Positions 1 to 11,288 are shown, counted from the first letter of the stretch. The stretch: 19,230 bases of DNA from Octopus sinensis (GCF_006345805.1 NW_021823925.1:1-19230), one strand, 5' to 3'. Notes: a model not told the origin generated them from the sequence alone. Translations and numbers: made by a program.

Positions 1-80
1 GCAGCCTCCTGTTCTCCCAGACCCCGGTCAAACCGTCTAACCCATGCCATCGAGGAAAGCAGACATTAAACGATGATGAT
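1..80 (+). repeat. 3' end of an abundant SINE-like repeat ending in (GAT)n
   Basis: Reverse complement matches the start of the copy at 10641-10881 (ATCATCATCGTTTAA..GGAGGCTGC). The same family is at 565-755. Confidence 0.8.
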
Positions 81-82
81 TA

Positions 83-293
83 TGCAGAAACGTTAGCAGG
101 GTGGGCGAAATGCTTAGTGGTATTTCGTCTGTTGTTACGTTCTGAGTTGAAATTCCGCCAAGGTCGACTTTGCCTGTCATCCTTTTGGGGGTCGATAAAT
201 AAAGTACCAGTTTCGCACTGGGATTGATGTAATCGACTTAATCCCTTTGTCTGTCCCCTCTATGTTTAGCCCCTTGTGGGCAGCAAAGAAATA
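83..293 (+). mobile_element. SINE, 5'-truncated or degenerate (GAGGTCGACTTTGCC family)
   Basis: Colinear with the TSD-flanked copy at 4841-5025: AAATTCCGC..AGGTCGACTTTGCCT..TGTTTAGCCCCTTGTG..AAAGAAATA. Confidence 0.8.
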
Positions 294-564
294 GATGATG
301 ATAATGATATAATTAATGGAAGATACAAGAATATTTATTGATCACTACAATTGTTTCAACACATCTTGCTTTCATCCTTTATGAGTGGAATATTGAAGAG
401 TTGCTTTATGAGTATCCAACAGTGTAGATGTGTCTTTTCAGGTGATTACAAGATATATTTCATTAAAATAACGTCTGTTCTGCAAAATTTCTTCTTGTTA
501 TGTGTTTGTTTTATAATTTGTTGATATTATTTGATTTACAAATCACAAGGTATTAAATATTAAG

Positions 565-755
565 ATGGCCATTTGCCAGCCTGCTGTGGCACGTAAAAAG
601 CACCATCCGATCATGGACGTTTGCCAGCCTCGTCTGGCACCTGTGCCGGTGGCACATAGAAATCACACACTACACTCATTGAGTGGTTGGCGTTAGGAAG
701 GGCATCCAGCCGTAGAAACACTGCCAGATCAGACTGGGCCTGATGCAGCCTTCTG
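565..755 (+). repeat. Partial copy of the (GAT)n-tailed SINE-like repeat
   Basis: GTGGTTGGCGTTAGGAAGGGCATCCAGCCGTAGAAACACTGCCAGATCAGACTGG is the reverse complement of the core of 10641-10881. Confidence 0.8.
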
Positions 756-877
756 TAATGTCTTGTCATGAGTATCATTTTAAAGTGTAATTTATTCGGG
801 TAAAAGTTTATATCCACAGTTTATCATTATGAAAATGTAATTATAATTTTTATTGTTAAACCTTTGCTTTTTAAAGT

Positions 878-914
878 CTTTCCTATATCTTCTACTGTTT
901 CTGTGTCATTTCAG
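878..914 (+). promoter_or_regulatory. Putative splice acceptor of the ZNF-A terminal exon (exon starts at 915)
   Basis: Pyrimidine tract ending TGTCATTTCAG. The same sequence is conserved upstream of ZNF-B (AG at 9788-9787) and ZNF-C (AG at 18703-18702). Confidence 0.65.
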
Positions 915-1265
915 ATACTCGTATAAAGGAGTTTTATGTGAGATACATCATGAATATTGATCATGTTTTGAAAACGAATGTCAGCCATTATAAATAATAG
1001 ATAATAACTCTGTTTATATAATATATCTATGGTGAATAACGGTGAAATATTTCTTCTGAATTGATAGCAACATTTGTTTTCCTCATTGCCAGGAATATTT
1101 ACAAAAGTATTTCACATTCAGTTTGAATGTGAGAAAATCTGGAAAGGTGTTTGTATCATTTTCAGATATTCAAGATCAGTTTTGCCGTAGAAGATATATA
1201 TAAAGAAGAAGGGGAAAATATATTTTCTGCCTGTATACTATAGAACAATAAGGAATAGTCTGGAG

Positions 1266-1883
1266 ATGTTAAAAGGAAGAGAAAAATTATCAGACCAATC
1301 TGATATCTGTAAAAAGACTTTTTCTAATAAGGGAAATCTCAATGTTCACAAATTCATTCATGCAGGGGGGAAACAATATCATTGTGACATCTGTGGTAAA
1401 TCATTCTCTCGAAAAAGTCACCTTACTCATCACAAATACACTCATACTGGAGAGAAACCATATCAGTGTGATATCTGTGGTAAATCATTCTCTCAAAGGA
1501 CTGTCCTTTCTTATCACAAATTCGTTCATACTGGAGAGAAACCATATCACTGTGATATCTGTGGTAAATCATTCTCTACAAAATATAACCTTACTAAACA
1601 CAAATCCATTCATACAGGAGAGAAACCAAATCAATGTCGTATTTGCGGTAAATCATTCTCTCATAGAAGTTCCCTTGATTCTCACAAACACATTCATGCA
1701 GGAGAGAAACCACATCAGTGTGATATTTGTGGTAAATCATTCTCTCAAAGAAGTTACCTTAATTCTCACAAATACATTGATACAGGTGAGAAACCATATC
1801 GGTGCTATATCTGTGGTAAATCATTCTCTCAGAAGAGGTACTTAAATAGATACAAATGCATTAATACAGGGGACAAACCTTAG
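1266..1883 (+). CDS. ZNF-A: tandem C2H2 zinc-finger protein, 205 aa, 7 finger units (units 2-5 intact; 1, 6 and 7 have lost Zn ligands)
   Basis: CxxCGKSFS..L..H...H repeats with TGEKP linkers at 28-aa spacing. Unit 1 has SDIC (C lost), unit 6 ends KYID, unit 7 is RYKCIN. Confidence 0.85.
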   Translation: MLKGREKLSDQSDICKKTFSNKGNLNVHKFIHAGGKQYHCDICGKSFSRKSHLTHHKYTHTGEKPYQCDICGKSFSQRTVLSYHKFVHTGEKPYHCDICGKSFSTKYNLTKHKSIHTGEKPNQCRICGKSFSHRSSLDSHKHIHAGEKPHQCDICGKSFSQRSYLNSHKYIDTGEKPYRCYICGKSFSQKRYLNRYKCINTGDKP

Positions 1884-2270
1884 CACTGTAGTATCTGCAG
1901 TAAATTATTCCGTTAAAGTCTGCTCATACTGGACAGAAACTATGTGACTGTGATGTCTGCAGCAAATCATTCTCTCAGGAATATGCTGTATATACTTATA
2001 AACGTATTCATACAGGAGAGAAACTCTATTGCTGTGATACCTGAGGTAAATCATTCTCTGTGGAACAATATTGAACTCATCACAAATACATTCATACAGG
2101 AGAGAAATCATATCACTGTGACATCTGGGACAAGTCATTTTTTCATAGAGAGAAATAATAAACTAAACACAAACATATTCATACAGGAGAAGATTCTTAT
2201 GACTGTGTAATCTGTGCTAAATCATTCTCTCAATAATCTACCTTAACTAAACATATACTTATTCATATTG
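1884..2270 (+). pseudogene. About five decayed finger units downstream of the ZNF-A stop (probable 3' UTR)
   Basis: Recurrent AAATCATTCTCT and ATTCATACAGGAGAGAAA at roughly 84-bp spacing, with stops and indels. Confidence 0.85.
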
Positions 2271-2811
2271 ATCAATAACAATATCAATGATAAAACAGAT
2301 GTCCTGCTGAATAAAATACAGCAAATGTATTACTTTTTACAAAATAAATTCATTTTTCACATTTTCCTCATTTCCATCAACTCACTAATTACGATTTGTG
2401 TTTTTTATTCAAACAATATTGATTATATTAATTTGCTCTGTTTTCTTGAGGATATATTATTTTAACACAAATGTATTACACTCCAGTTCCCAGCCATGAT
2501 CAGTTATCCTCTGCTGGACACACTCAGGGATCCCAGGATCTGCACCCTTTGTGCTACTGCCCACATATTCTGGCACTAGCTGGAGGCTTATTGCTGTTTG
2601 TCACAGTTTTGGGTGTAGAGTGGGAAATATTTTTCAAGAGCCTAATGCCCCACTCTACCTATGGTTCAAGCACATCCCCGCTCAACCCATGCAAGTGATT
2701 ATCATCATACTTATTTTTTGCTAAATCATTCTGTAGAGCAGGTTTTCATGGTCTTGTTCTTACCAGACACCAAGCAGGGATTTATGATGGGCATCTGGTT
2801 AGAATGGCACC

Positions 2812-3026
2812 TGTTGTGATTAGAGTAGACTGGTTCGAGTAAAGTATAAATTGTAACGATCTGAGTGGGTTTGCGGTTCAGAGTCAAGTGAAGTCGGAAG
2901 GTGTCGCTTAGTTTACTTCCTAAGGAATATTGAATGTTGGTTCTTAAAAGATTTGTTAGTCCATTAGATTGTTGTTACAATTTTCTGGTTATCTTATTTA
3001 TTGTACGGAACAATTATGTTACAACA
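2812..3026 (+). mobile_element. 5' LTR of a Ty3/Gypsy retrotransposon
   Basis: Begins TGTTGT (2812) and ends ACAACA (3026), a perfect 6-bp inverted pair. A PBS-like TGGCGATGAG follows at 3029-3038. Confidence 0.75.
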
Positions 3027-4584
3027 TCTGGCGATGAGGGTTTCGAAGCTCTTGCAGGTCAGTTAACAAATTTTTGTGATACAAAATTGTTAAATCATGG
3101 AAGACTAATTAGCTTCTATAAAACTGTTGCAAAATCAACGACAAAGGCAGCAACAACAACAATTATTGGGGCTTTATTCAAAGAAGTCCAAAAATAGAGA
3201 AGTACATTTTTGCCAGACGCCGTTTTGGACTCGATGAAACCAGTTAGAACACAGAGGACAGTATAACTGTTGCATTGTACTACAGCAGGTAATTTTTAAG
3301 GAAGATTGTAAGACATGGTCAGACACAGAAAAAGTAAGGTTATTATGACATAATCTGAGTATGAACATTGTTTTAATTTCATATTACCCAAAAAAACTCA
3401 ATGAAATTTGTTTTAAAGAAACAATAGAATTACTGTCTAACATATTCGGTGATAAAACTTCTCTAACACTTGGATGGTGTTTTGGAATATAATGAAAAAA
3501 GAGGATGGTGATTTTATCACATACACAGGAACAATTGACAGGATGTGTGAATATTTTAAACTCAAGAAGTTACACCTGAGATGTTCAGGTGTCTTATTTT
3601 GGTAAAAGGCCTTACAACAACTGAATATACAGAAATTCACACTGCAGAACTAATTCTGAAGATCAACCATAAAGATCCTAGAGGGCTCTCAACAGAACAA
3701 AATTCAACTCCCAAATAAGAAAATTTGTACACGTAAAAATGATTGGAATAATGCACTTGTTGGTTCTTAAAAGATTTGTTAGTCCATTAGATTGTTGTTA
3801 CAATTTTCTGGTTATCTTATTTATTGTACGGAACAATTATGTTACAACATCTGGCGATGAGGGTTTCGAAGCTCTTGCAGGTCAGTTAACAAATTTTTGT
3901 GATACAAAATTGTTAAATCATGGAAGACTAATTAGCTTCTATAAAACTGTTGCAAAATCAACGACAAAGGCAGCAACAACAACAATTATTGGGGCTTTAT
4001 TCAAAGAAGTCCAAAAATAAGAGAAGTACATTTTTGCCAGACGCCGTTTTGGACTCGATGAAACCAGTTAGAACACAGAGGACAGTATAACTGTTGCATT
4101 GTACTACAGCAGGTAATTTTTAAGGAAGATTGTAAGACATGGTCAGACACAGAAAAAGTAAGGTTATTATGACATAATCTGAGTATGAACATTGTTTTAA
4201 TTTCATATTACCCAAAAAAACTCAATGAAATTTGTTTTAAAGAAACAATAGAATTACTGTCTAACATATTCGGTGATAAAACTTCTCTAACACTTGGATG
4301 GTGTTTTGGAATATAATGAAAAAAGAGGATGGTGATTTTATCACATACACAGGAACAATTGACAGGATGTGTGAATATTTTAAACTCAAGAAGTTACACC
4401 TGAGATGTTCAGGTGTCTTATTTTGGTAAAAGGCCTTACAACAACTGAATATACAGAAATTCACACTGCAGAACTAAATTCTGAAGATCAACCATTAAAG
4501 ATCCTAGAGGGCTCTCAACAGAAACAAAATTCAACTCCCAAATAAGAAAATTTGTACACGTAAAAATGATTGGAATAATGCACT
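2935..4584. repeat. Direct tandem duplication: 2935-3757 (823 bp) and 3758-4584 (827 bp), covering LTR 3' half, PBS and gag
   Basis: By eye the copies are identical except four 1-bp homopolymer-length differences. Duplicate ORFs appear at 3437-3640 and 4261-4464. Confidence 0.95.
3029..3757 (+). mobile_element. PBS plus degenerate Gypsy (Mag/K02A2.6-like) gag remnant; no pol or 3' LTR
   Basis: Frameshifted translation gives IFKEDCKTWSDTEKVRLL, NFILPK-LNEICFKETIELLSNIFGDKTSL, MKKEDGDFITYTGTIDRMCEYFKLK and TPEMFRCLILVKGLT. Confidence 0.75.
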
Positions 4585-4840
4585 TGCGGGTGTGTATGTG
4601 CGTGCCCTGAGTCAATGCATGTCTAGGAGTCAGGAGTCGACATAAGGGTGGCACAAAATTAGAATGTTCTGCTTTATATTAGGGATAAACCAGAAGTCCC
4701 TGACTGCTATGTCATCCGGAAGTTTATAGGAAACTTCTAAAGTATTTATGAAGGTCGAGGGAGATTACTCTCGTTAAATCCCATTTTCATTTTGCTTTCT
4801 TGTCTGACCGCCAGGGGTCACTCAGGTTTTAGTTATACAA

Positions 4841-5025
4841 GGCGGCAAGCTGGCAGATGCGTCAGCACGCTGGGTGAAATGCGTAGCCGTAATCTTCTGA
4901 GTTCAAATTCCGCTGAGGTCGACTTTGCCTTTCGTCCTTTCGGAGTCGATATAACGGACTTGACCCGTGCGTCTGTCCTTGTTTGTCCTCTCTGTGTTTA
5001 GCCCCTTGTGTGTAATAAAGAAATA
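4841..5025 (+). mobile_element. SINE with target-site duplication
   Basis: Starts GGCGGCAAGCTGGCAG. Flanked by AGTTATACAA at 4831-4840 and 5026-5035. Homologous to 83-293. Confidence 0.9.
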
Positions 5026-5449
5026 AGTTATACAAGATTCCCTTGATTGTGTCGAGAATGATGAAAATTGTGTGGGCCTCTGAGCCGGTATTGCCCTGAG
5101 TTTGGCAAAATCTGATGCAGATTCTCTGCTAAACTTTCTATTATGCTCATTGTGACAATCATACGCTACACACCTTCCTTCCAAGCATTGCTGCAAACAG
5201 CAGAAGAGAGCTAGAATCTTAACACTTAGTGTGAATGCACAGCAGAGTTTAGAGTCAATCTTTCCCAAGTGGCTTCACTCTATGTATCTTAGCTTCGTTG
5301 CTATAGCAACAGTCCGCATATATGTACGTATATATGTATGCCATTGTTCAGTTTTATTTCAAAATTACTTGCCAAAAGAGAAAGAGCCAATTTCTAACCT
5401 AAATCCAAGGATCCTTCATTGGAATTTCACCATCAACAACAGAGTATGT

Positions 5450-6238
5450 AGGTCTTTTCGGTTTGAACGGTAGTTTTTAAAAATAATTTCCACGTACATA
5501 AACACTTTTAAACTTCGTATACTGGTAGAATGTGTTTATAAAACATCTTCTTCTCTTGGCTTTATTGAGAAAATTCTACGGTTTGTAAGATATTTGTTGT
5601 TTTTTTTTCTTCAATTTCTGCAATTTCAACCAATCAATGACGTCTATTGAGGTGAAAACATTCTGTGCCGTATGAATATGTCCCTCGTTTAAGAAACAGA
5701 TTGGGTTTATTTACATTTACGAAGAAAAAAAGATACCCTTCCCCCACCCGTAACACTAAAATAGATTGAAATGCAAAGATCGATACTAGGGTTATAATTA
5801 TGGTTGACATGTTCATTTGACACCGCTAGAAAAAAATCCCATTTTCTGTAGCGGTGTCGTATGAATCTGTCACCCATAATTATAACCATAGTATCGATCT
5901 TTGCATTTCAATCTATTTTAGGGTTAGGTTTAGAGTTAGGGGTGGGGGAAGGGTATCTGCTTTTCTTCGCAAATGTAAATAAACCCAATCTGTTTCTTAA
6001 ACAAGGGACATATTCATACAGCACGGTATGTTTTGACTCCAAATGGACGTATTTGATTGGTTAAAATTGCCGAAATGCTCGATTTTCAAGTGGAAATATG
6101 TTACAAACTATAGAATTTTCTCAATGAAGCCAAGAAAAAATGATGTCTTATAAACACATTCTACCAGAATACGAAGTTTAAAAGTGTTTAGTTCACTAGA
6201 AATTGTGTTGACATATGCTGTTCAAAAGGAAAAGATCT
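5450..6238. mobile_element. Foldback/long-TIR element FB1 (chimeric arms)
   Basis: Inverted arms 5450-5828 and 5849-6238 around a 20-nt spacer, with inner stem GACACCGCTA/TAGCGGTGTC. Ends are (A)GGTCTTTTC and GAAAAGATCT. Confidence 0.9.
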
Positions 6239-6546
6239 GCGCAAACTTGTACGAAGTACAGACGTCTGCGTGTTAATATACATCTCAGGAAAAACAGCCT
6301 TCTCATATTCAATAAGCTTGGTGGCACCCTGGTAGTACATATCATTGTGGAAAACGTAAAACCACCTATAATTGTTATATATATATTAATTACCAGAGTG
6401 ACCCACGACTTGACTGGTTACAGACGCTGAGTACTATCTACGAAAAGTGGTCCCGCTGCGCACCATCGCGCTAGCTAGTTGTGACTAGTCAATCCTATAA
6501 GTGCACGTATGCAAATTAATAGATGCACGCATGCGCAAAACATGTA

Positions 6547-6936
6547 CTGTAAATCCTTGAGTATAATCCACATTTTTTCCCCAAAATTTAAAGGTGAAAA
6601 TCCCAGGTGCGGATTATATACTAGGTTAAAAATGAAATTTATTTTCTAAGCAATGTCCGAGTCTCTCTTTGCTGTCCGGCAATGTTTATTCAGACGCATT
6701 TTGTGATGTCAGGCGTGAAAATGCCTTAATCTAATCCTGAAAGTAATGAAGTCATAAAAGAATCATCCATGACTTGCAGTAAGTAACATTTATTAAACAT
6801 CATTACTGTTATTTCTTTATTTTCTGCAAACAAAAATACACAAAAAAGCTACATTTTTACAAACCAAGGACGCTATATAGACCTCCTTGACTCAGGGTAG
6901 GGAAGGGGTGCGTATTATACACAAGGTTTAGGTTTT
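6547..6936. mobile_element. Tc1/mariner-like MITE, right end deleted
   Basis: Left TIR TA|CTGTAAATCCTTGAGTATAATCC. Homologous to the complete copy at 15328-15837. Confidence 0.7.
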
Positions 6937-6995
6937 ACTGTTATTTCTTTATTTTCTGCAAACAAAATGCACAAAAAAGCACAAAAAGAAATACC

Positions 6996-7653
6996 AGATC
7001 TTTTCCTTTTGAACGGCAGTTTTCAACACAATTTCTAGTTAACCAAACACTTTTAAACTTCGTATACTGGTAGAATGTGTCAGAATAAAACATTTTTTTC
7101 TCTTGGCTTTCTTGAGAAAATTGTAATTTATAAGTTTAATGTAGTTTAATTTTTCGAATTTTAACCAATCAATGGCCTCTATTGAGCTAAAATCATTTGC
7201 TGCGTCTAAAACTGAGACAACATCACCCTAACCCTAACCCTAAATTCTAGCCTTTCCTTTTTTTTTTCTCAAATGTTAAATTAATTTAAGGATAACAATT
7301 ACGAAAAAAAAACTCAACAAAAACAAAATGAATAACTTTAGACACACGGGAAACGATTAAATTAATTTAACAATTAAGAAAAAAACCCAAAAGGTTAAAA
7401 TTTAAGGTTAGGGTTAGTGACAGGATGTTGCCTCAGTTTTAGACGCAGCAAATGATTTTAGCTCAATAGAGGGCATAGGATTCGTTAAAATTCGAAATAT
7501 TAAACTACGTTAAACAAACAGATTACAATTTTCTCAAGAAAGCCAAGAGAAAAAAATGTTTTATTTTGACACATTCTACCAGTATACGAAGTTTTAAAGT
7601 GTTTAGTTAACTAGAAATTTTGTTGAAAACTGCCGTTCAAGAGGAAAAGATCC
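6996..7653. mobile_element. Foldback element FB2 (arms about 295 bp, spacer about 65 bp, internal CCCTAA/TTAGGG repeats)
   Basis: AGATCTTTTCCTTTTGAACGGCAG...CTGCCGTTCAAGAGGAAAAGATCC, with arms complementary along their length. Confidence 0.92.
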
Positions 7654-7686
7654 GGCTTAGAATGATTTACTGCAGATATTACAGTG

Positions 7687-8606
<920 letters not shown>

Positions 8607-9410
8607 TTAATGAGGTTTCTCTCCTGTATGAATGTATTTGTGAGTAGTTAAATTACATTTTAATGAAAAAGATTTACCACAAATATCACACTGATATGGT
8701 TCCTCACCTGTATGAATGAATTTGTGAGTAGTTAAATTACATTTTAATGGAAAAGATTTACCACAAATATCACATTGATATGGTTTCTCTCCTGTATGAA
8801 TGGATTTGTGAGTGGTTAAATTACATTTTACTGAAAAAGATTTACCACAGATATCACAGTGAAAAGGTTTCTCTCCTGTATGAATGGATTTGTGAGTAGT
8901 TAAATTACATTTTACTGAAAAAGATTTACCACAGATATCACAGGGATATGGTTTCTCTCCTGTATGAATGTATTTGTGAGTGGTAAGGCTACTTTTTAGA
9001 GAGAATGATTTTCCACAAATATCACATTTATATGGTTTCTCTCCAGTATGAACAGATTTGTGATAAGAAAGGCCAGTCCTTTGAGAGAATGATTTACCAC
9101 AAATATCACAGTGATAAGGTTTCACTCCTGTATGAATGGATATGTGAGAAGTAAGGCTGTGCTTCTGGGAGAATGATTTACCACAAACATCACAGTGATA
9201 TGGTTTCTCTCCTGTATGAAGGGATTTGTGAGAGGTAAGGTTACTTTTCTGAGAGAATGATTTACCACAGATATCACAGTGATATGGCTTCCTACCCGCA
9301 TGAATGAATTTGTGAACAATGAGATTTCCCTTATTAGAAAAAGTCTTTCTACAGATATCACATTGGTGTGATAACTTTTTTCTTTCTTTTGTCATCTCTT
9401 GAGGATTCAT
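8607..9410 (-). CDS. ZNF-B: tandem C2H2 zinc-finger protein, 267 aa, 9 intact fingers
   Basis: ATG at 9410 ([14 protein letters not shown]), then 9 x 28-aa fingers, then H-stop. The track's GTG start at 9434 is not a normal eukaryotic start. Confidence 0.88.
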   Translation of the reverse strand: MNPQEMTKERKKLSHQCDICRKTFSNKGNLIVHKFIHAGRKPYHCDICGKSFSQKSNLTSHKSLHTGEKPYHCDVCGKSFSQKHSLTSHISIHTGVKPYHCDICGKSFSQRTGLSYHKSVHTGEKPYKCDICGKSFSLKSSLTTHKYIHTGEKPYPCDICGKSFSVKCNLTTHKSIHTGEKPFHCDICGKSFSVKCNLTTHKSIHTGEKPYQCDICGKSFPLKCNLTTHKFIHTGEEPYQCDICGKSFSLKCNLTTHKYIHTGEKPH

Positions 9411-9786
9411 TATTGTTCTATAGTATACAAGCACAAAATATATTTTCCTGATCTTTTTATATATTCCTTTGTTGATTCAAATACTTCTCTAGTTATATTT
9501 TCCACAAGTCTGGTCTTTGTCAATAGCTAAAGGTAATAGAAACACCTTTGCAGATTTTTCCAAGTTCAGACTGAATGGGAAATACTTCAGCAAATATTCC
9601 AGGCAATGATGGAAACAAATGTTGCTATTAATTCAGATGGAATTTTTCAGTTCTTCACCATAGATTTGTAATAGAAACAGGGTTATATATATTATTTATA
9701 ACATCTTCCATTAGTCTTCAAGTGATGATCAATATTCCTGATGTATCTGATGTAAAAACTCCTTTATACCACTAACATCTCATATT

Positions 9787-9825
9787 CTGAAATGACACAG
9801 AAACAGTAGAAGATATAGGAAAGAC
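9787..9825 (-). promoter_or_regulatory. Putative splice acceptor of the ZNF-B terminal exon (exon starts at 9786)
   Basis: Minus strand reads TCTTTCCTATATCTTCTACTGTTTCTGTGTCATTTCAG, conserved in all three paralogs. Confidence 0.65.
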
Positions 9826-10069
9826 TTAAAAAGCAAAGATTTAACAATAGAAAATATAATTACATTTTCATAATCATAAACCGTGGATATAATCCTTTAA
9901 GTTGTCTTTGAAATATATACTGTTATTAAAATCATATGATACAACCTTGTGTAATATCTAGATATACACAGACTTCAGCTCCTCTACCTTCAGATATTAT
10001 GTAAAACATTAAATTACATATTATTGGACAATATTTCCATCTTGCTTCTTAAGACAGAAGCAAGATGGG

Positions 10070-11243
10070 ACTTTCTCAAGATGAGCAAAGGCAAGCCGCA
10101 GCACGTCAGATGGAGTCTCAATACAGAAGGGAGATGAGACTTTTGCAAGATCAGCAAACACATGCTGCAGCATTTAATGCTTAGCCATTAAAACATTTTA
10201 ATGATTAGACAGTGGTCCAATAGAATAGCTCTCACAAACAGACTATGTATAAATGCGTTCTTCACAAATCCTGGAGCTGCTTTCAGATATAATCCATCCC
10301 ATTTTTATGAAAATGATAATTTTGGCCAAATTAGTGTGCTAAACTCAAATCGTTGTTTCTGTAAAGCTTTAAAATTTCCAAATGAAACTAATGGCATGCA
10401 ATGCCCAGGCAGTAAGGTAATATTGCCAGCACTACCAGCTCCTTCTCAACCTCTTCTGGAAGGTACTTCCATCCAGTCAAAGGATTTCCTGAACAATATC
10501 AGACAATCCTGCATCACAAATGACATTGTTTGGTGCATCTAAGGAGATAGTTGAACATGGATTTACACTGACATTCACAGTCGAAGGGCAAGTCTGTCAC
10601 CTCAATGGTTCCCTGTTACCCACAAATGAACAACCAACCACATCTTCATCATCATCGTTTAACGTCTGTTTTCCATGCTAGCATGAGTTGGACGGTACAA
10701 CCGGGATCTGGGAAACCAGGAGGCTGCACCAGGCTCCAGTCTGATCTGGCAGTGTTTCTACAGCTGGATGCCCTTCCTAATGCCAACCACTCCGTGAGTA
10801 TAGTGGGTGCTTTTTACGTGCCACCGGCCAGAGGAGGCTGGCAAATGGCCACGGTCGGTTGGTGCTTTTATGTGTCACAGGTCCTCAAAATTTACTTCAT
10901 GAGTGATGTAGGACAATAAACCCAAAGGAGGTGTCAAAACTTCAGACGATGGGTCATGTTAGATGCAGTATCAACTTCCACAAAGGAAAACATATCCACT
11001 GACAGCTTTTCGGGACATTCAAAAGCCACATACCCTCCACCCCCAATTTTCCACGACTGGTTAGGGCAAGGAATACTCGGACAAATGACAAGTCGCTTAG
11101 TCCAATTAGCCCATCATTTACTCCACAAATGTTTTGTCATCAATGCAGCACTTTCCTATATCACCTGTTTCAACATAACTGTAATATATATATACACAAA
11201 TTATGACATTTTAATACTGAGCAACGCCGGGTATCTCTGCTAG
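10070..11243 (+). mobile_element. Internally deleted Helitron remnant (RepHel N-terminal fragment plus 3' terminus)
   Basis: Translates to AAFRYNP..CFCKALKFPNETNGM.C..SKVILPALPAP.QPLL..KDFLNNIRQ, QMTLFGA..TFTVEGQVCHLNGSLLP, and LKIYFMSD beyond the inserted repeat. The 3' end GAGCAACGCCGGGTATCTCTGCTAG|T matches the Helitron CTRR|T rule. The 5' end was not located. Confidence 0.8.
10641..10881 (-). repeat. (GAT)n-tailed SINE-like repeat nested in the Helitron
   Basis: Same family as 1-80 and 565-755, in opposite orientation. It interrupts the Helitron protein between NEQP and LKIYF. Confidence 0.85.
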
Positions 11244-11288
11244 TCATTCCATAAAACATAATCGGAGAAAATTAAAAAAAAAAAAAAT

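Noticed and set aside
442-549. Possible small upstream exon (TTTTCAG|...CAAG|GTATTA)
   Set aside because: CAAG|GT is present in the paralogs, but the upstream sequence is not homologous and such motifs are common by chance.
915-1265. Conserved region between the acceptor and the ATG as a coding N-terminal domain
   Set aside because: All frames I translated are interrupted in each of the three paralogs. Treated as 5' UTR or decayed coding sequence, and no KRAB, SCAN, BTB or ZAD domain is visible.
1881-1916. A-to-I editing of the shared UAG to UGG as a read-through switch
   Set aside because: A TAA follows within about 10-11 codons in all three paralogs, so no complete finger would be gained.
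2480-2700. Minus-strand GALGS..ISLQLV similarity to the 3' end of an RLE-type (R4/NeSL-like) LINE
   Set aside because: Too short and degenerate to support without an HMM search.
5036-5449. Semi-open frames on both strands (track ORFs 4903-5268 and 5231-5473)
   Set aside because: No recognisable motif, contains stops, and partly runs through a SINE. The origin is left unexplained.
5634-6064. Short hydrophobic ORFs (5634-5816, 5861-6064, 13619-13804) similar to each other
   Set aside because: They are chance translations of foldback arms on opposite strands, not a peptide family.
7226-7243. True interstitial telomere
   Set aside because: Only 2-3 units, embedded in foldback arms. Covered as a property of the element.
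9411-9434. GTG/TTG starts used by the ORF track
   Set aside because: These are prokaryote-style start calls. The first in-frame ATG (9410) is used instead.
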